DNA from: Thermosulfurimonas dismutans | Lineage (GTDB): Bacteria; Desulfobacterota; Thermodesulfobacteria; Thermodesulfobacteriales; Thermodesulfobacteriaceae | Length of the DNA stretch: 32,000 bases | Reading direction: 5' to 3' | Assembly: GCF_001652585.1 (NCBI RefSeq) | Contig: NZ_LWLG01000003.1 | Coordinates: 30,001-62,000 of the forward strand | Shown: positions 15,696 through 25,570 of the stretch, piece after piece | Position numbering within the stretch: position 1 is the first letter of the stretch | Layout of the letters: each line of letters starts with the position of its first letter | Notes under the pieces: model-generated | Seen by the model: the letters and a program-made list of their open reading frames with translations, nothing else | Told to the model about the DNA's origin: nothing | Databases searched by the model: none | Program-made: the position numbers and the translations under genes

Positions 15696-15895
15696 GATCT
15701 TATAGACCGTGTGAATCTCCGGAAGGATTCCAGGAAGACCTGATCTGTCCGGTATGTGGTGGTCCGGCGGAGCTTTACGGCCGGTGAGCCGGAGCCAGGG
15801 TGAGGTGTCTCACCTGCGGAAGGGACTGGCCAGCCGCTTGGTTTAGGGAAGAGATAGAGGCCCTTAAAGAAAGGTGGCTGAAAGATTTCTCGTAA
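15692..15895 (+). CDS. candidate small TopA-type zinc-ribbon protein with an in-frame UGA at codon 32 (recoding candidate or disrupted gene)
   Basis: The ATG overlaps the topA stop (ATGA). The translation is MRSYRPCESPEGFQEDLICPVCGGPAELYGR-[UGA 15785-15787]-AGARVRCLTCGRDWPAAWFREEIEALKERWLKDFS-stop. The CPVC-x16-CLTC spacing equals that of the last TopA ribbon (CPEC-x16-CPFC) only if the UGA is counted as a residue. There is no homology evidence, and a conventional annotation would stop at 15787. Confidence 0.35.
15796..15816 (+). promoter_or_regulatory. SECIS-like RNA hairpin downstream of the in-frame UGA
   Basis: CAG(G)GUGAG-GUGU-CUCACCUG: the 6-bp perfect upper stem GGUGAG/CUCACC starts 11 nt after the UGA. 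The apical loop is GUGU, with G and U at +23/+24 counting the U of UGA as +1. Two further base pairs follow below a bulged G. No T tract follows, so it is not a terminator. Confidence 0.35.
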
Positions 15896-16569
15896 AACCC
15901 TCGCCTGGTTTTACCTGTGGCCCCAGGGCTCTCCTGGTCCTTACGGAACCGGATTTTCGGTTTTTCGGAAAGGTCTTTCGATTTGCCCGCCGAACTAGAC
16001 TATTCCTTTCGGAGGTCCTTTATGACGAAAGGGGAGTCCTCTTAGGACCTGCTCTGGGGGCTCCTCAGGTGGCCATGCTTCTGGAAAATCTCCGGACCGC
16101 GGGGGTAAGGGAGATTCTCCTTTTAGGTTGGGCCGGGGCCTTGACCTCGAAGATCCCCCTCAGAAGTATCTTTCTTTCCCAAAAGGCCTTGGCTCTTGAA
16201 GGTACATCTCGGCTTTATTTTCCGAGAAGAAGGGTCTTTTTCCCGGAAAGGAATCTTTTTCAAAAGTTTAAGGCCAACCTCCTCCGGTTGGGCCTCCCTT
16301 TTAAGGAGGGGGCTGTGGTTTCAACGGATGCCCCTTACCGAGAAGACGAAGTTTTCCTCGAAAAATACGGCCGACGATATGAGGCCGTAGATATGGAGAC
16401 CTCGGCGGCCTTGGCCGTAGGAGGGGCCCTTGAACTTTCGGTGGTCGCCTGTCATTTCATTTCCGATAGGCTTACCTTGGCCGGAAGGCAAACCGTATCA
16501 TCAAGAGAGCTTAGAGCCTGTCGAGAAGCCCTTATTGAACCCTTAAGGACTTTTCTGGAAGGTGAATGA
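15874..16569 (+). CDS. nucleoside phosphorylase/nucleosidase family (PNP_UDP_1) protein
   Basis: 231 aa with GPALGAPQVAMLLENL (a phosphate/ribose loop-like motif) and VDMETSA, characteristic of the PNP/MTA-nucleosidase/futalosine-hydrolase fold. The specific substrate cannot be assigned. GTG start. Confidence 0.6.
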   Translation: MAERFLVKPSPGFTCGPRALLVLTEPDFRFFGKVFRFARRTRLFLSEVLYDERGVLLGPALGAPQVAMLLENLRTAGVREILLLGWAGALTSKIPLRSIFLSQKALALEGTSRLYFPRRRVFFPERNLFQKFKANLLRLGLPFKEGAVVSTDAPYREDEVFLEKYGRRYEAVDMETSAALAVGGALELSVVACHFISDRLTLAGRQTVSSRELRACREALIEPLRTFLEGE

Positions 16570-16584
16570 GGCTAAAATAAGAAC

Positions 16585-17460
16585 ATGCGAAATCCATTTG
16601 AAGTTTTGGGTTTATCTCCGAAGATCGTAAAGGAGCTCGACGAGGAGAGTCTTTTCAGGTTGGTTAAGGCCTGCTACCGGGCTCTTCAGCAGGTTTACCA
16701 TCCGGATCTCGCGAGCGGTTCTAGGGAAAAGGCCCTGGAATTGAACTTGGCCTTTGAGGCCCTCAATCTTTCTAAAAACCCCGAATCATTTCGTCGTCAT
16801 CGTCAGGCTTACGTTAGGCGTCTTTCCCGTAAGACCTTGAGGAATCGTATGGAAGCTCTAAGCCTGAAACTCGGAAGACTTTTCAGGGAAAAGGTGATCC
16901 TGGAGGAGGCTTTTTGGGGAGAACTTGTCTCTCGAGCCAGGGAATCGGAGCACCTCCTCTCGCCCCTGCCCCGAAACTTGAGGCTTCACCTCTTCGATCT
17001 TGCCACCAAATATCATTTGCCTTTCCCGGTTTTCGGTCGTAGAGCCCCCTTTAAGGAATTTTTGTTTGATGAGGAAGGATATCTTTATCTGAAATATGCT
17101 AGAGGTAAGACTCTCAGGAAGGTCTCCCGGATAAAAATGATAGGCTGTGTCCCCCGGGAAAAAATTGAACCCTGGATGCTCCTAGAGAAGAGGCCTGGGA
17201 ATGAAAGTCTAGTGGCTGAAGAATATATGAAGGCCGAGACTTTTCGCCGAGCCTGTCTCCCTTTTCTCAAAACTAGACTCGAACCCAATAGCTACCTGTT
17301 TTCCTTCCGGAATGAAGATTTTTCCCGCGTCTACCTTGAAGGTCTGATCCTTCGCCTTTCTCCCCTTTGCCCAAAATCTATCACAAATGTAAAGCTATCC
17401 TCACAAAAATTACAAATTTGTGAAGAGAAAACCTCTCTTTTGTCTTTCCCTGAGTCTTGA
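16585..17460 (+). CDS. J-domain (DnaJ-like) protein with an uncharacterized C-terminal region
   Basis: The N-terminus is NPFEVLGLSP...YRALQQVYHPDL, carrying the HPD tripeptide, followed by LAFEALN. No Gly/Phe region or zinc-finger domain follows. Confidence 0.8.
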   Translation: MRNPFEVLGLSPKIVKELDEESLFRLVKACYRALQQVYHPDLASGSREKALELNLAFEALNLSKNPESFRRHRQAYVRRLSRKTLRNRMEALSLKLGRLFREKVILEEAFWGELVSRARESEHLLSPLPRNLRLHLFDLATKYHLPFPVFGRRAPFKEFLFDEEGYLYLKYARGKTLRKVSRIKMIGCVPREKIEPWMLLEKRPGNESLVAEEYMKAETFRRACLPFLKTRLEPNSYLFSFRNEDFSRVYLEGLILRLSPLCPKSITNVKLSSQKLQICEEKTSLLSFPES

Positions 17461-17883
<423 letters not shown>

Positions 17884-17886
17884 GGA

Positions 17887-20295
17887 GTGCTTTCGGAGGT
17901 AGTTTCCGAAAGTTCTGGTCCTCAAAGGGAGCGGTGCCTATATCTGGATCGTTTTGTTAAAGATTTATGGCTTCCCCTTTTCAAAGAGACGGGCACCGTG
18001 GAGGACAATCTTTCGCTGGTGGCCCTTGGGGGTTATGGGGAAGGGCTTCTTTGTCCGGGTTCGGATGTAGATCTCCTTTTTCTGCACCAAGGGCTTTCGG
18101 AAAACATTTTGGCAAGATTCGTAGAAAAGGTGGTCTATCCCCTGTGGGATTATCGTTTCGAGGTCAGCTATCGGGTCTTTACCCCCAGGGAGGCCTTGGA
18201 TTTTGCGGCTGAAGATCCCACTTTTTTCACTTCTCTTCTTTCGGCACGGCTTCTTTGCGGCTCAGAAGCGCTTTTCCAGGAACTCCTGGAAGGATTTGAG
18301 GGGCTTCTTTCTGGCCGGGAAAAGGAGTTCTACGAGAGGCTAAAGGCTTTGAGGGAGGCCCGGCTTTCGCGTTTAGGGGAGGAAGTTTATTTTCTGGAGC
18401 CCCACCTAAAGGATGGGCCTGGCGGTCTTCGGGACTTCCAATTTTTTCTCTGGGCAGGCAGGATCATTTTCGGTTTCGAAAAACTTTCAGATTTTACTGA
18501 GGCCGGTCTCATAAGTTTGGAGGAAGAAAAGAAAATTTTGGCCGCCGCCGAATTTTTGCGACGGGTAAGGGAGGAACTGCATATCCTTTGTGCTCGCAAA
18601 GAGGATCGTCTCTTTATGGAATATCAACCTGAGATCGCGGCCCGTTTGGGGTTCGGATCCGGTGATCGGGCCGGTACCGAAGCCTTCATCTCTAAACTAT
18701 TTACCGCTTTTTCAACTATCAAGGAGGCTGTGGAAAACCTTATTGAGGAAATAGAAGATCTTTTCTTTACCTCGCAAAGAAAGAAACGTCTTACCCTTAT
18801 TCAACCGGTTCCATCCGGGCCTTTTCTTCGCCGTATTTTTGAGACTCTGGCCCGAGAAGGTCGGCCCTTTGATCGCAATCTCAAGCGTTATCTTCGGAGC
18901 CGTAAATGGTCGGAAAAGGATCTGGTGGACCTCCGGGAGGCCTTTTCTGAGCTTCTGACCCTTCCTTATAGTCTTACCATGTTGCACACTATGCGAGAGA
19001 CGGCTATCCTGTTTCGGCTCATACCGGAGTTTAAAGACCTTTGTGGAAGGGTACAGTACGATGTTTACCACTTGTATGCCTTAGATGAACACTTGTTTCT
19101 TACAATCTCGGCCTTGCACCACCTTAAGAAAGAAAAGTCGGAACTTTGGACGTCCATCGAAAATGAGAAGATCCTTTATTTCGCAGCCCTGCTTCACGAT
19201 CTAGCCAAAGGAGAGCCTGATCACGCCCGCCGAGGGGCCGAAAAGGTTCTTAAAATAGCTTCCCGCTTTAATTTTCAAGCCGAAGAAATTAAGGAGATAG
19301 CCTTTCTGGTAGAACAGCATCTTCTGCTGATGGACACGGCCTTGAGAAGGGATCTAGCTGAAGAAAAGGTCATTGAGGAAGTGGTACTTCGGACGGAGAG
19401 GGTCGAAAGGCTTACCGCTCTCTACTTCCTTACTCTTGCGGATGCTATGGCCACCGGGCCTAGGGCTTTGAATGCCTGGAAGGCCGGTCTCCTTGAAGAA
19501 CTTTTCTCAAAGGCCAAAAAGCTGTTTGAAAACCGTATGGAAAGGGAGAGTCTGAAGGATCTTTCTCAAAAGAGGACCAAACTCTATGAAAAGTTTCGAC
19601 CCGAGCTAGTGGATCGCATCCCTTTACCTCAGCTCGAAATTTATGATGTGGGAGAACTCGAAGAATTACTTTCTTTGGTTCAGGGATTTCTTTCCGAGAA
19701 CGCCTTATTTCTTTTTGCGGAGCATCGTCTTAACGGAGTTGTTAAGGTTTTTATCGTAACAAAAGATAAAACTGGCCTTTTTTCTGATATTGTAGGGACT
19801 TTCTTCGCTTCTGGTTTCGACATCCGGAGGGCGCGGGCTTTTACTTGGGCTGGAGGCCTAGCGGTGGACGAATTCTGGGTGGAACCTCTGGTAGAAGGAG
19901 CAGAGCTTTCAAACTGGAAGGGACTGTTTGAAAAGGTCCTTGCTGGCAAGGAGTATACCGAAGACCTTGTGCAGCGGAGAAAGGAAGCCTTTTTGAGACT
20001 GGGCCCTAAGATTCCTTTGGTGTCCTTTCCGGAGATTAGAATTGACCAGGAGGCTTCTGACTTTTATACTCTTTTGGAAATTTATGCTCCAGATAAGCCG
20101 GGTTTACTATATGAGATAGCTTCTATCATTTCAGAACAAAAATTTATAATTGGTAAGGCTATTCTTTCTGAAAAAGAGGATCTAGTGGCCGATATTTTTT
20201 ATCTTCAGACCCAAGAAGGAGAAAAGCTTTCGGCCGAGGAGGTCGAAGGCCTGGTTCAAAAACTCCAAATAAAACTAAAGGAGGTTGTATCATGA
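17887..20295 (+). CDS. glnD: [protein-PII] uridylyltransferase/uridylyl-removing enzyme
   Basis: 802 aa with the nucleotidyltransferase motif [19 protein letters not shown], an HD domain ([10 protein letters not shown]) and two C-terminal ACT-like repeats. GTG start 4 nt after the glnB stop. Confidence 0.92.
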   Translation: MLSEVVSESSGPQRERCLYLDRFVKDLWLPLFKETGTVEDNLSLVALGGYGEGLLCPGSDVDLLFLHQGLSENILARFVEKVVYPLWDYRFEVSYRVFTPREALDFAAEDPTFFTSLLSARLLCGSEALFQELLEGFEGLLSGREKEFYERLKALREARLSRLGEEVYFLEPHLKDGPGGLRDFQFFLWAGRIIFGFEKLSDFTEAGLISLEEEKKILAAAEFLRRVREELHILCARKEDRLFMEYQPEIAARLGFGSGDRAGTEAFISKLFTAFSTIKEAVENLIEEIEDLFFTSQRKKRLTLIQPVPSGPFLRRIFETLAREGRPFDRNLKRYLRSRKWSEKDLVDLREAFSELLTLPYSLTMLHTMRETAILFRLIPEFKDLCGRVQYDVYHLYALDEHLFLTISALHHLKKEKSELWTSIENEKILYFAALLHDLAKGEPDHARRGAEKVLKIASRFNFQAEEIKEIAFLVEQHLLLMDTALRRDLAEEKVIEEVVLRTERVERLTALYFLTLADAMATGPRALNAWKAGLLEELFSKAKKLFENRMERESLKDLSQKRTKLYEKFRPELVDRIPLPQLEIYDVGELEELLSLVQGFLSENALFLFAEHRLNGVVKVFIVTKDKTGLFSDIVGTFFASGFDIRRARAFTWAGGLAVDEFWVEPLVEGAELSNWKGLFEKVLAGKEYTEDLVQRRKEAFLRLGPKIPLVSFPEIRIDQEASDFYTLLEIYAPDKPGLLYEIASIISEQKFIIGKAILSEKEDLVADIFYLQTQEGEKLSAEEVEGLVQKLQIKLKEVVS

Positions 20296-21704
20296 CACCC
20301 AAAGAGGTAATGGAATTCGCCAAGAAAAACGGTGTTCGTATGGTTGATCTTAAGTTTCTAGACCTTCCCGGCATTTGGCAGCACTTTACGGTGCCCATCG
20401 AGCAGTTTTCCGAAGAGTCCTTTGAAGAGGGGTTCGGTTTTGACGGTTCCTCTATTCGTGGCTGGCAGGAGATTCATGAAAGCGACATGTTGGTGATCCC
20501 CGATCCCAACACGGCCATCATAGATCCCTTTTTTGAAGTGCCTACTCTTTCTCTGATTTGTAACGTAGTAGATCCTATTACTCGTGAGCCTTATTCTCGT
20601 GATCCGCGCTATGTAGCCCAGAAGGCCGAGGCCTACCTCAAGAGCACCGGTATTGGCGATACGGCCTATTTTGGTCCGGAGGCCGAATTCTTTATCTTTG
20701 ACGATATTCGCTACGACTCTGCGGCCCATTTTGCGTATTATTTCGTGGACTCCATTGAGGGTATCTGGAATACAGGCCGAGAGGAGTGTCCCAACCTGGG
20801 TTACAAACCCCGACACAAAGAGGGCTACTTCCCGGTGCCGCCCTCTGACAAGACTCAGGATCTGCGTACCGAGATGACCCTCTATCTCCAGAAGGTGGGC
20901 ATTGAAGTCGAGTGTCATCACCACGAGGTTGCTACCGGCGGTCAGGCCGAAATTGATATGCGTTTTGCTCCGCTGGTCAAGATGGGAGACAATCTCATGT
21001 GGTTCAAGTATGTCTTGAAGAACGTGGCTTACAAACACGGTAAAACCGTAACCTTTATGCCTAAGCCTCTTTTCGGGGACAACGGCTCTGGTATGCACAC
21101 CCATATGAGTATCTGGAAGGGGGACACCAACGTTTTTGCCGGGGATCGCTATGCCGGACTTTCTGAAACCGCTCTTTACGCTATCGGTGGCATCCTGAAG
21201 CACTGCCGGGCGGTCTGTGCCTTTACCAACCCCACTACCAACTCCTACAAGCGGCTTACTCCTGGTTTTGAGGCCCCGGTGAACCTCTGTTACTCCAGCC
21301 GGAACCGTTCGGCGGCTATTCGTATTCCCATGTATAGCGCCAGCCCCAAGGCCAAACGGATCGAGTTCCGCACTCCGGACCCCTCCTGTAACGGCTACCT
21401 GGCTTTTGCCGCCATGTTGATGGCTGCTCTCGACGGTATCGAAAACCGAATTGATCCGGGAGAGCCCATGGACAAGGACCTTTACAGCCTGCCTCCCGAG
21501 GAGCTCAAGAATATTCCCACCACCCCGGCTACTCTAGAAGAGGCCCTTCAGGCCTTGGAGGAGGATCATGAGTTCTTGATGAAGGGAGATGTCTTTACCG
21601 AAGACCTTATTGAGACCTGGATCAAGTACAAACGGGAAAACGAGGCCGACCAGGTGCGTCTCCGTCCGCATCCCTACGAGTTCTTCCTCTACTTCGATAT
21701 CTAA
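20292..21704 (+). CDS. glnA: glutamine synthetase type I
   Basis: 470 aa with GS-I motifs [27 protein letters not shown] and [10 protein letters not shown]. The adenylylation-loop-like sequence [10 protein letters not shown] is present. The ATG overlaps the glnD stop (ATGA). Confidence 0.97.
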   Translation: MTPKEVMEFAKKNGVRMVDLKFLDLPGIWQHFTVPIEQFSEESFEEGFGFDGSSIRGWQEIHESDMLVIPDPNTAIIDPFFEVPTLSLICNVVDPITREPYSRDPRYVAQKAEAYLKSTGIGDTAYFGPEAEFFIFDDIRYDSAAHFAYYFVDSIEGIWNTGREECPNLGYKPRHKEGYFPVPPSDKTQDLRTEMTLYLQKVGIEVECHHHEVATGGQAEIDMRFAPLVKMGDNLMWFKYVLKNVAYKHGKTVTFMPKPLFGDNGSGMHTHMSIWKGDTNVFAGDRYAGLSETALYAIGGILKHCRAVCAFTNPTTNSYKRLTPGFEAPVNLCYSSRNRSAAIRIPMYSASPKAKRIEFRTPDPSCNGYLAFAAMLMAALDGIENRIDPGEPMDKDLYSLPPEELKNIPTTPATLEEALQALEEDHEFLMKGDVFTEDLIETWIKYKRENEADQVRLRPHPYEFFLYFDI

Positions 21705-21723
21705 AATGATAACCTAAGGATGT

Positions 21724-21764
21724 AGGGCCCCTCCTTGCGGATTTCCGGGGAGGGGCCCTTTTGG
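21724..21764 (+). terminator. rho-independent terminator after glnA (shared with the convergent response-regulator gene)
   Basis: An 11-bp GC-rich stem, AGGGCCCCTCC (21724-21734) with GGAGGGGCCCT (21749-21759), is followed by TTTTGGTT. It abuts the stop of the minus-strand gene at 21765. Confidence 0.8.
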
Positions 21765-22112
21765 TTAGTGTACCTTGAGGTAAGGTTCGAGATCTTTGAT
21801 GGTGAAAGGTTTGAAGATGACCGGAACTCCCTTTCCGCAAGGTTCCTCGGTTACGAGCGGGGTATAACCTGTAATGCAGACTACGCGGATGTGGGGATAG
21901 CGTTCCAAAATCCATACCACGAGCTCAGGACCGGACATTCCCGGAAGCACTACATCCACCAGGGCAAAATCGATCTCCATTCCTCTCGCACTCAGGATTT
22001 CCTGGGCTTCCATGGCGTCTTTGGTATAAAAAACTTGATGCCCCAAGGTTTCGAGGAGTTCTTTAAGGGTTTCTCCCAAAAGAGCTTCATCTTCCACCAG
22101 AAGGATATTCAT
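21765..22112 (-). CDS. response regulator, receiver domain only (CheY-like)
   Basis: 115 aa with NILLVEDE, the phospho-acceptor context FALVDVVLPGMSG, and a conserved KPF near the C-terminus. There is no output domain. Confidence 0.9.
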   Translation of the reverse strand: MNILLVEDEALLGETLKELLETLGHQVFYTKDAMEAQEILSARGMEIDFALVDVVLPGMSGPELVVWILERYPHIRVVCITGYTPLVTEEPCGKGVPVIFKPFTIKDLEPYLKVH

Positions 22113-22127
22113 ACGGCCTCCTATTAA

Positions 22128-23774
22128 TTAATGATCGTTTACGGGCAGAAGGATTTTAAAAATGGTTTCCTTTCCCGGTCTTGAGGAGATGACAATACAA
22201 CCTTCGTGGGCATAGACCATGGTTCTTACCGCGGCCAAGCCCAGCCCTCGTCCTAATCCTTTAGTAGAGTAAAAGGGTTCCAAGACTTTAGGTAAAAATT
22301 CAGGGGGAATGCCCTTTCCTCGGTCTCTGACTTCAAGGACTACCCAACGCAAGGCTTCTTTCTGACTACAAAATCGAGCCTTATAAGGACTTTTTGAGTT
22401 TTTACCGTGTTTGTGTTTATCCGTGAGATAAATTTTTACGGTTATGACACCGGCTTCTTTACCGTAAGCTTCTATGGCATTTACTGCCAAGTTGACCAGG
22501 ATCTGTTCCAGGGCTAGCGGATCTATCTTTACTAGAGGGAGATTCTCTTCTATTCGAATTCTTAGTCTTAGATGGGGAGGAAGTAGGGCTTTAATGAATT
22601 TTATTATTCTCGGAATAAATTTTTTAAGGTCAATCAGTTTTTTGCCTAGGACTTCTCCTCGAGCATAAAGGAGTAATTGTCGAACCAAAACCGCCAGATC
22701 TTGAGCCGCAAATTCAGCTTTATGGAGCCAAAATTGTATCTCGGAAGTTTCTTTTCCCTTTTTGGACCTGAGGATTTCAAGCGAGCTTATTACCACGTTT
22801 AAGAGATTGTTGAACTTGTGTGCCAGGTTACCAGCCAAGATATTGATAGCTTTAGCCTTTTCGGCTTCGGTTATTTCTTCTTGGAATTTTAGTTCCTTGG
22901 TTATGTCTTGAACTGCTATGACTACCAGATTAGGATCAAATTTCTTTAAAGTGCAGATCAAATGCGCTTCCCGAGGGGTTTCGGTCTTTAAGTGCCGAGA
23001 AATATTTTCGCCAGGCAACAAATCCTGGGCTTCCTTTATAAGGGTCTTAATAAGGCTATTAAAATAGGTCGGTTTGAATTCTTCGCACATAACCTCAAAA
23101 TCGCTATTGGAAAAGAGTTTGCGAGGAGGTTTTTGGTTTATGGCCCATAAAGAGAGTCCGAACCCTACCTTTTCTGATAGAGCTCGAAGAAGGGCCTGTT
23201 CTCCCCTTTTCTTTTTTTCGCTTTCCTTCGCCTCAAGAAGAAGGCCATAAAATTCCCCCAGTTTTTCCAAGATCTCTTTTTCTCGTCGAGTGTAACGCTT
23301 GGCTGCATTAGCAATAGCTAACAAACCTTTAGGTTTTCCGTTTCTCAATACCGGATATATAGCTATTCTTTGAATGGGAAGATGCCCCCCCGGAAGACCT
23401 TTATGATTAGGATCTTTAAGGAGGGCATTACTGATGTAGACCTTCTTTTCGGCTATAGCCTTGGCAAAGACCCCTCCTAAAGAAGGAATCCTTACTATCT
23501 TTTTTATTTTGCAACCCCGATAGCAGGCATCTGCAAAGTTTGGAAAATACCAGCTTTGAGAGAGTTCATCCCAGATTCCTACAAGGGCAAGCGGACTTCC
23601 GGTAAGACGTTTCAGGTTTTTGATGATTTCTCGACTTAGTTCTTCAACGCATTTTTCACTAGCCTGCCGAGCGAGGTTATAAAGGCAGGCTTCGAGTTTT
23701 TTTCTAAAAGAGAGCTCATCTTTGAGACGCTTTTGATCCGTTTTCACATCCCCCCCGTGGGGGTCTTTTAGCAA
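22128..23774 (-). CDS. sensor histidine kinase with N-terminal GAF-like sensory region
   Basis: H-box LAHKFNNLLNVV and HATPase_c motifs (NLAVNAIEA, RDRGKGIP, GLGRGLGLAAV). The N-terminal part, about 300 aa, is cytoplasmic and GAF/PAS-like, with no obvious TM segments. The track start is TTG at 23774; an in-frame GTG at 23747 preceded by a G-rich SD is an alternative start. Confidence 0.88.
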   Translation of the reverse strand: MLKDPHGGDVKTDQKRLKDELSFRKKLEACLYNLARQASEKCVEELSREIIKNLKRLTGSPLALVGIWDELSQSWYFPNFADACYRGCKIKKIVRIPSLGGVFAKAIAEKKVYISNALLKDPNHKGLPGGHLPIQRIAIYPVLRNGKPKGLLAIANAAKRYTRREKEILEKLGEFYGLLLEAKESEKKKRGEQALLRALSEKVGFGLSLWAINQKPPRKLFSNSDFEVMCEEFKPTYFNSLIKTLIKEAQDLLPGENISRHLKTETPREAHLICTLKKFDPNLVVIAVQDITKELKFQEEITEAEKAKAINILAGNLAHKFNNLLNVVISSLEILRSKKGKETSEIQFWLHKAEFAAQDLAVLVRQLLLYARGEVLGKKLIDLKKFIPRIIKFIKALLPPHLRLRIRIEENLPLVKIDPLALEQILVNLAVNAIEAYGKEAGVITVKIYLTDKHKHGKNSKSPYKARFCSQKEALRWVVLEVRDRGKGIPPEFLPKVLEPFYSTKGLGRGLGLAAVRTMVYAHEGCIVISSRPGKETIFKILLPVNDH

Positions 23775-23845
23775 ATAATTTTTAGGATGACAAGAGAAAG
23801 GATATCTGGTAATAAAAGGCCAAAATTTTAAGAAGGAGGAAGCTG

Positions 23846-24271
23846 ATGGAGCGCACGTTATCGCTTATTAAGCCGGATGGAGTTTCACGTAATTTAATAG
23901 GAGAAGTGATCCGCTTTTTCGAGAAAGCTGGCCTGAAAGTCGTAGCCCTGAAAATGCTCCGTTTGACCAAAGAAGAGGCCAAACAGTTTTACATTGTCCA
24001 CAAAGAAAGGCCCTTTTATGACAGTCTCACAGATTACATGTCTTCCGGGCCCATTGTGGCCATGGTACTCGAGGGCGAGAATGCTATCGCCCGTTGCCGG
24101 GAAATTATGGGGGCCACCGATCCCGCTGAGGCCGCGGAAGGCACCATTCGAAAAACCTTTGGGCTTGACAAGGAAAAGAATACCGTTCATGGCTCGGATA
24201 GTCCTGAATCCGCAGCCCGTGAAATCGCTTTCTTTTTCAGCGAGCTAGATCTCATTTCTGGTACTAGATGA
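23846..24271 (+). CDS. ndk: nucleoside diphosphate kinase
   Basis: [13 protein letters not shown], the active-site sequence NTVHGSDS, 141 aa, and a strong RBS AAGGAGG. Confidence 0.97.
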   Translation: MERTLSLIKPDGVSRNLIGEVIRFFEKAGLKVVALKMLRLTKEEAKQFYIVHKERPFYDSLTDYMSSGPIVAMVLEGENAIARCREIMGATDPAEAAEGTIRKTFGLDKEKNTVHGSDSPESAAREIAFFFSELDLISGTR

Positions 24272-25176
24272 GAGAATCCGAGTTTTTGCTTCGCATAAGG
24301 CCTTACCTTTACGAAAAAGAAGGCCTGGTCAGTAGTGCAGATGAGGATTGTGCGGTAATCGCCGAGGGCCAGGCCTTCAGGCTCTATACCGTAGACGCTC
24401 TGGTCGAGGATATTCATTTTAAGTGGTCCTATTTTACTCCTTACGCCTTAGGCTTTAAGCTAGCGGCCGTAAATTTAAGCGATATCGCGGCTATGGGAGG
24501 CATTCCGGAATGGGCCCTTCTTACGTTAGGCTTTCCGGAGCCTCCCAGGGGAGATTTTATAGAAGGATTTTATCGTGGGCTCGTCGAGGGGCTTTCACGT
24601 TTCGGGGCTAGGCTGGTTGGCGGCGATACGGTAAGGAGTCCCGTTTTTTGGGCCGCCCTTTTTCTTTCTGGTCGGACCGAAAATCCTATCCTGAGGAAAG
24701 GGGCCAGCCCCGGGGACCTTATTTATGTTTCTCGTTCCCTAGGGGCCTCGGCCGCGGCCCTGAGATACTTCCTTTCCGGAGAGGAACCTCCGGAATTCCT
24801 CAGGAAGGCCCATCTCTTCCCAGAACCGGAGATCTCCTTGGGGCGGCTTCTCTCTGAAAAGGCTCTAGCTTCGGCGATGATGGATGTGTCTGATGGACTG
24901 CTTCTTGACCTTTCAAAACTTTGCCGGACAAGCGAAGTAGGGGCCGAAATCGAGGAGGTCCCGGTAGCACCAGGGGCAACCGAGGAGGAAGCTCTCTCTG
25001 GAGGCGAAGATTACGCCCTAATTTTCACCGTCCCCAAGGAGAAAGAGAGATTCCTCTTAGAGAGCGTGGACCGGCCCCTTTACCGTTTAGGAAAAATTAT
25101 TTCCCAGAAAGAAAAAATATATCTTTACGGACGGCCCGTCGCTCCCGAAGGTTTCGATCACTTCGAGCTGGGCTAA
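24268..25176 (+). CDS. thiL: thiamine-monophosphate kinase
   Basis: AIR-synthase-related fold with ThiL motifs: [38 protein letters not shown]. The start overlaps the ndk stop (ATGA). Confidence 0.9.
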   Translation: MRESEFLLRIRPYLYEKEGLVSSADEDCAVIAEGQAFRLYTVDALVEDIHFKWSYFTPYALGFKLAAVNLSDIAAMGGIPEWALLTLGFPEPPRGDFIEGFYRGLVEGLSRFGARLVGGDTVRSPVFWAALFLSGRTENPILRKGASPGDLIYVSRSLGASAAALRYFLSGEEPPEFLRKAHLFPEPEISLGRLLSEKALASAMMDVSDGLLLDLSKLCRTSEVGAEIEEVPVAPGATEEEALSGGEDYALIFTVPKEKERFLLESVDRPLYRLGKIISQKEKIYLYGRPVAPEGFDHFELG

Positions 25177-25514
25177 AATAACGGCGGCGCATGTACGATG
25201 AAAAGCCTTAAAGGCTCATCCCCAGAGTTTTTGACTCCATGTTCTTCACCAGGGGGAATCAAAATATAGTCCCCCGGGCCGATTTTCTGCCAACTACCGT
25301 TGAGGTAGGCCTCTCCCTCTCCAGAAAGGACGTAGATAGAGTCCGCCTGGGTTTCGTGGGTGTGAATGGGGATTTCCACCCCGGGTTTAATTTCCAGCAT
25401 GGAAACGCTTAAACGAGGATCTTTTTCGCGATTTATGAGAAGCGCAAACCCCACCCCTTCAAACTTCGGATGTGGTCCAAACTTGATATCTTCTTTCTTG
25501 TAGAAGTAAGCCAT
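25173..25514 (-). CDS. cupin domain protein
   Basis: 113 aa with cupin motifs IPIHTHETQADSIYVLSGEG and PPGEEHGVKN. Its 3' end overlaps the thiL end by 4 nt. Confidence 0.8.
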   Translation of the reverse strand: MAYFYKKEDIKFGPHPKFEGVGFALLINREKDPRLSVSMLEIKPGVEIPIHTHETQADSIYVLSGEGEAYLNGSWQKIGPGDYILIPPGEEHGVKNSGDEPLRLFIVHAPPLF

Positions 25515-25570
25515 CCTTGCTTCACCTCCCTAGAATGTTTTAAAATGCTATCTAACTATTATTCGAAATA

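Noticed and set aside
15785-15830. The hairpin at 15796-15816 as the topA transcription terminator.
   Set aside because: No U tract follows the stem (the next bases are CGGAAGGGACUGG), and the next gene starts 58 nt later on the same strand. The geometry fits a recoding element better than a terminator.
21735-22127. A 130-aa plus-strand ORF opposite the response-regulator gene.
   Set aside because: The minus-strand translation has a complete receiver domain (DE pair, phospho-acceptor Asp, KPF), while the plus-strand product has no recognisable features.
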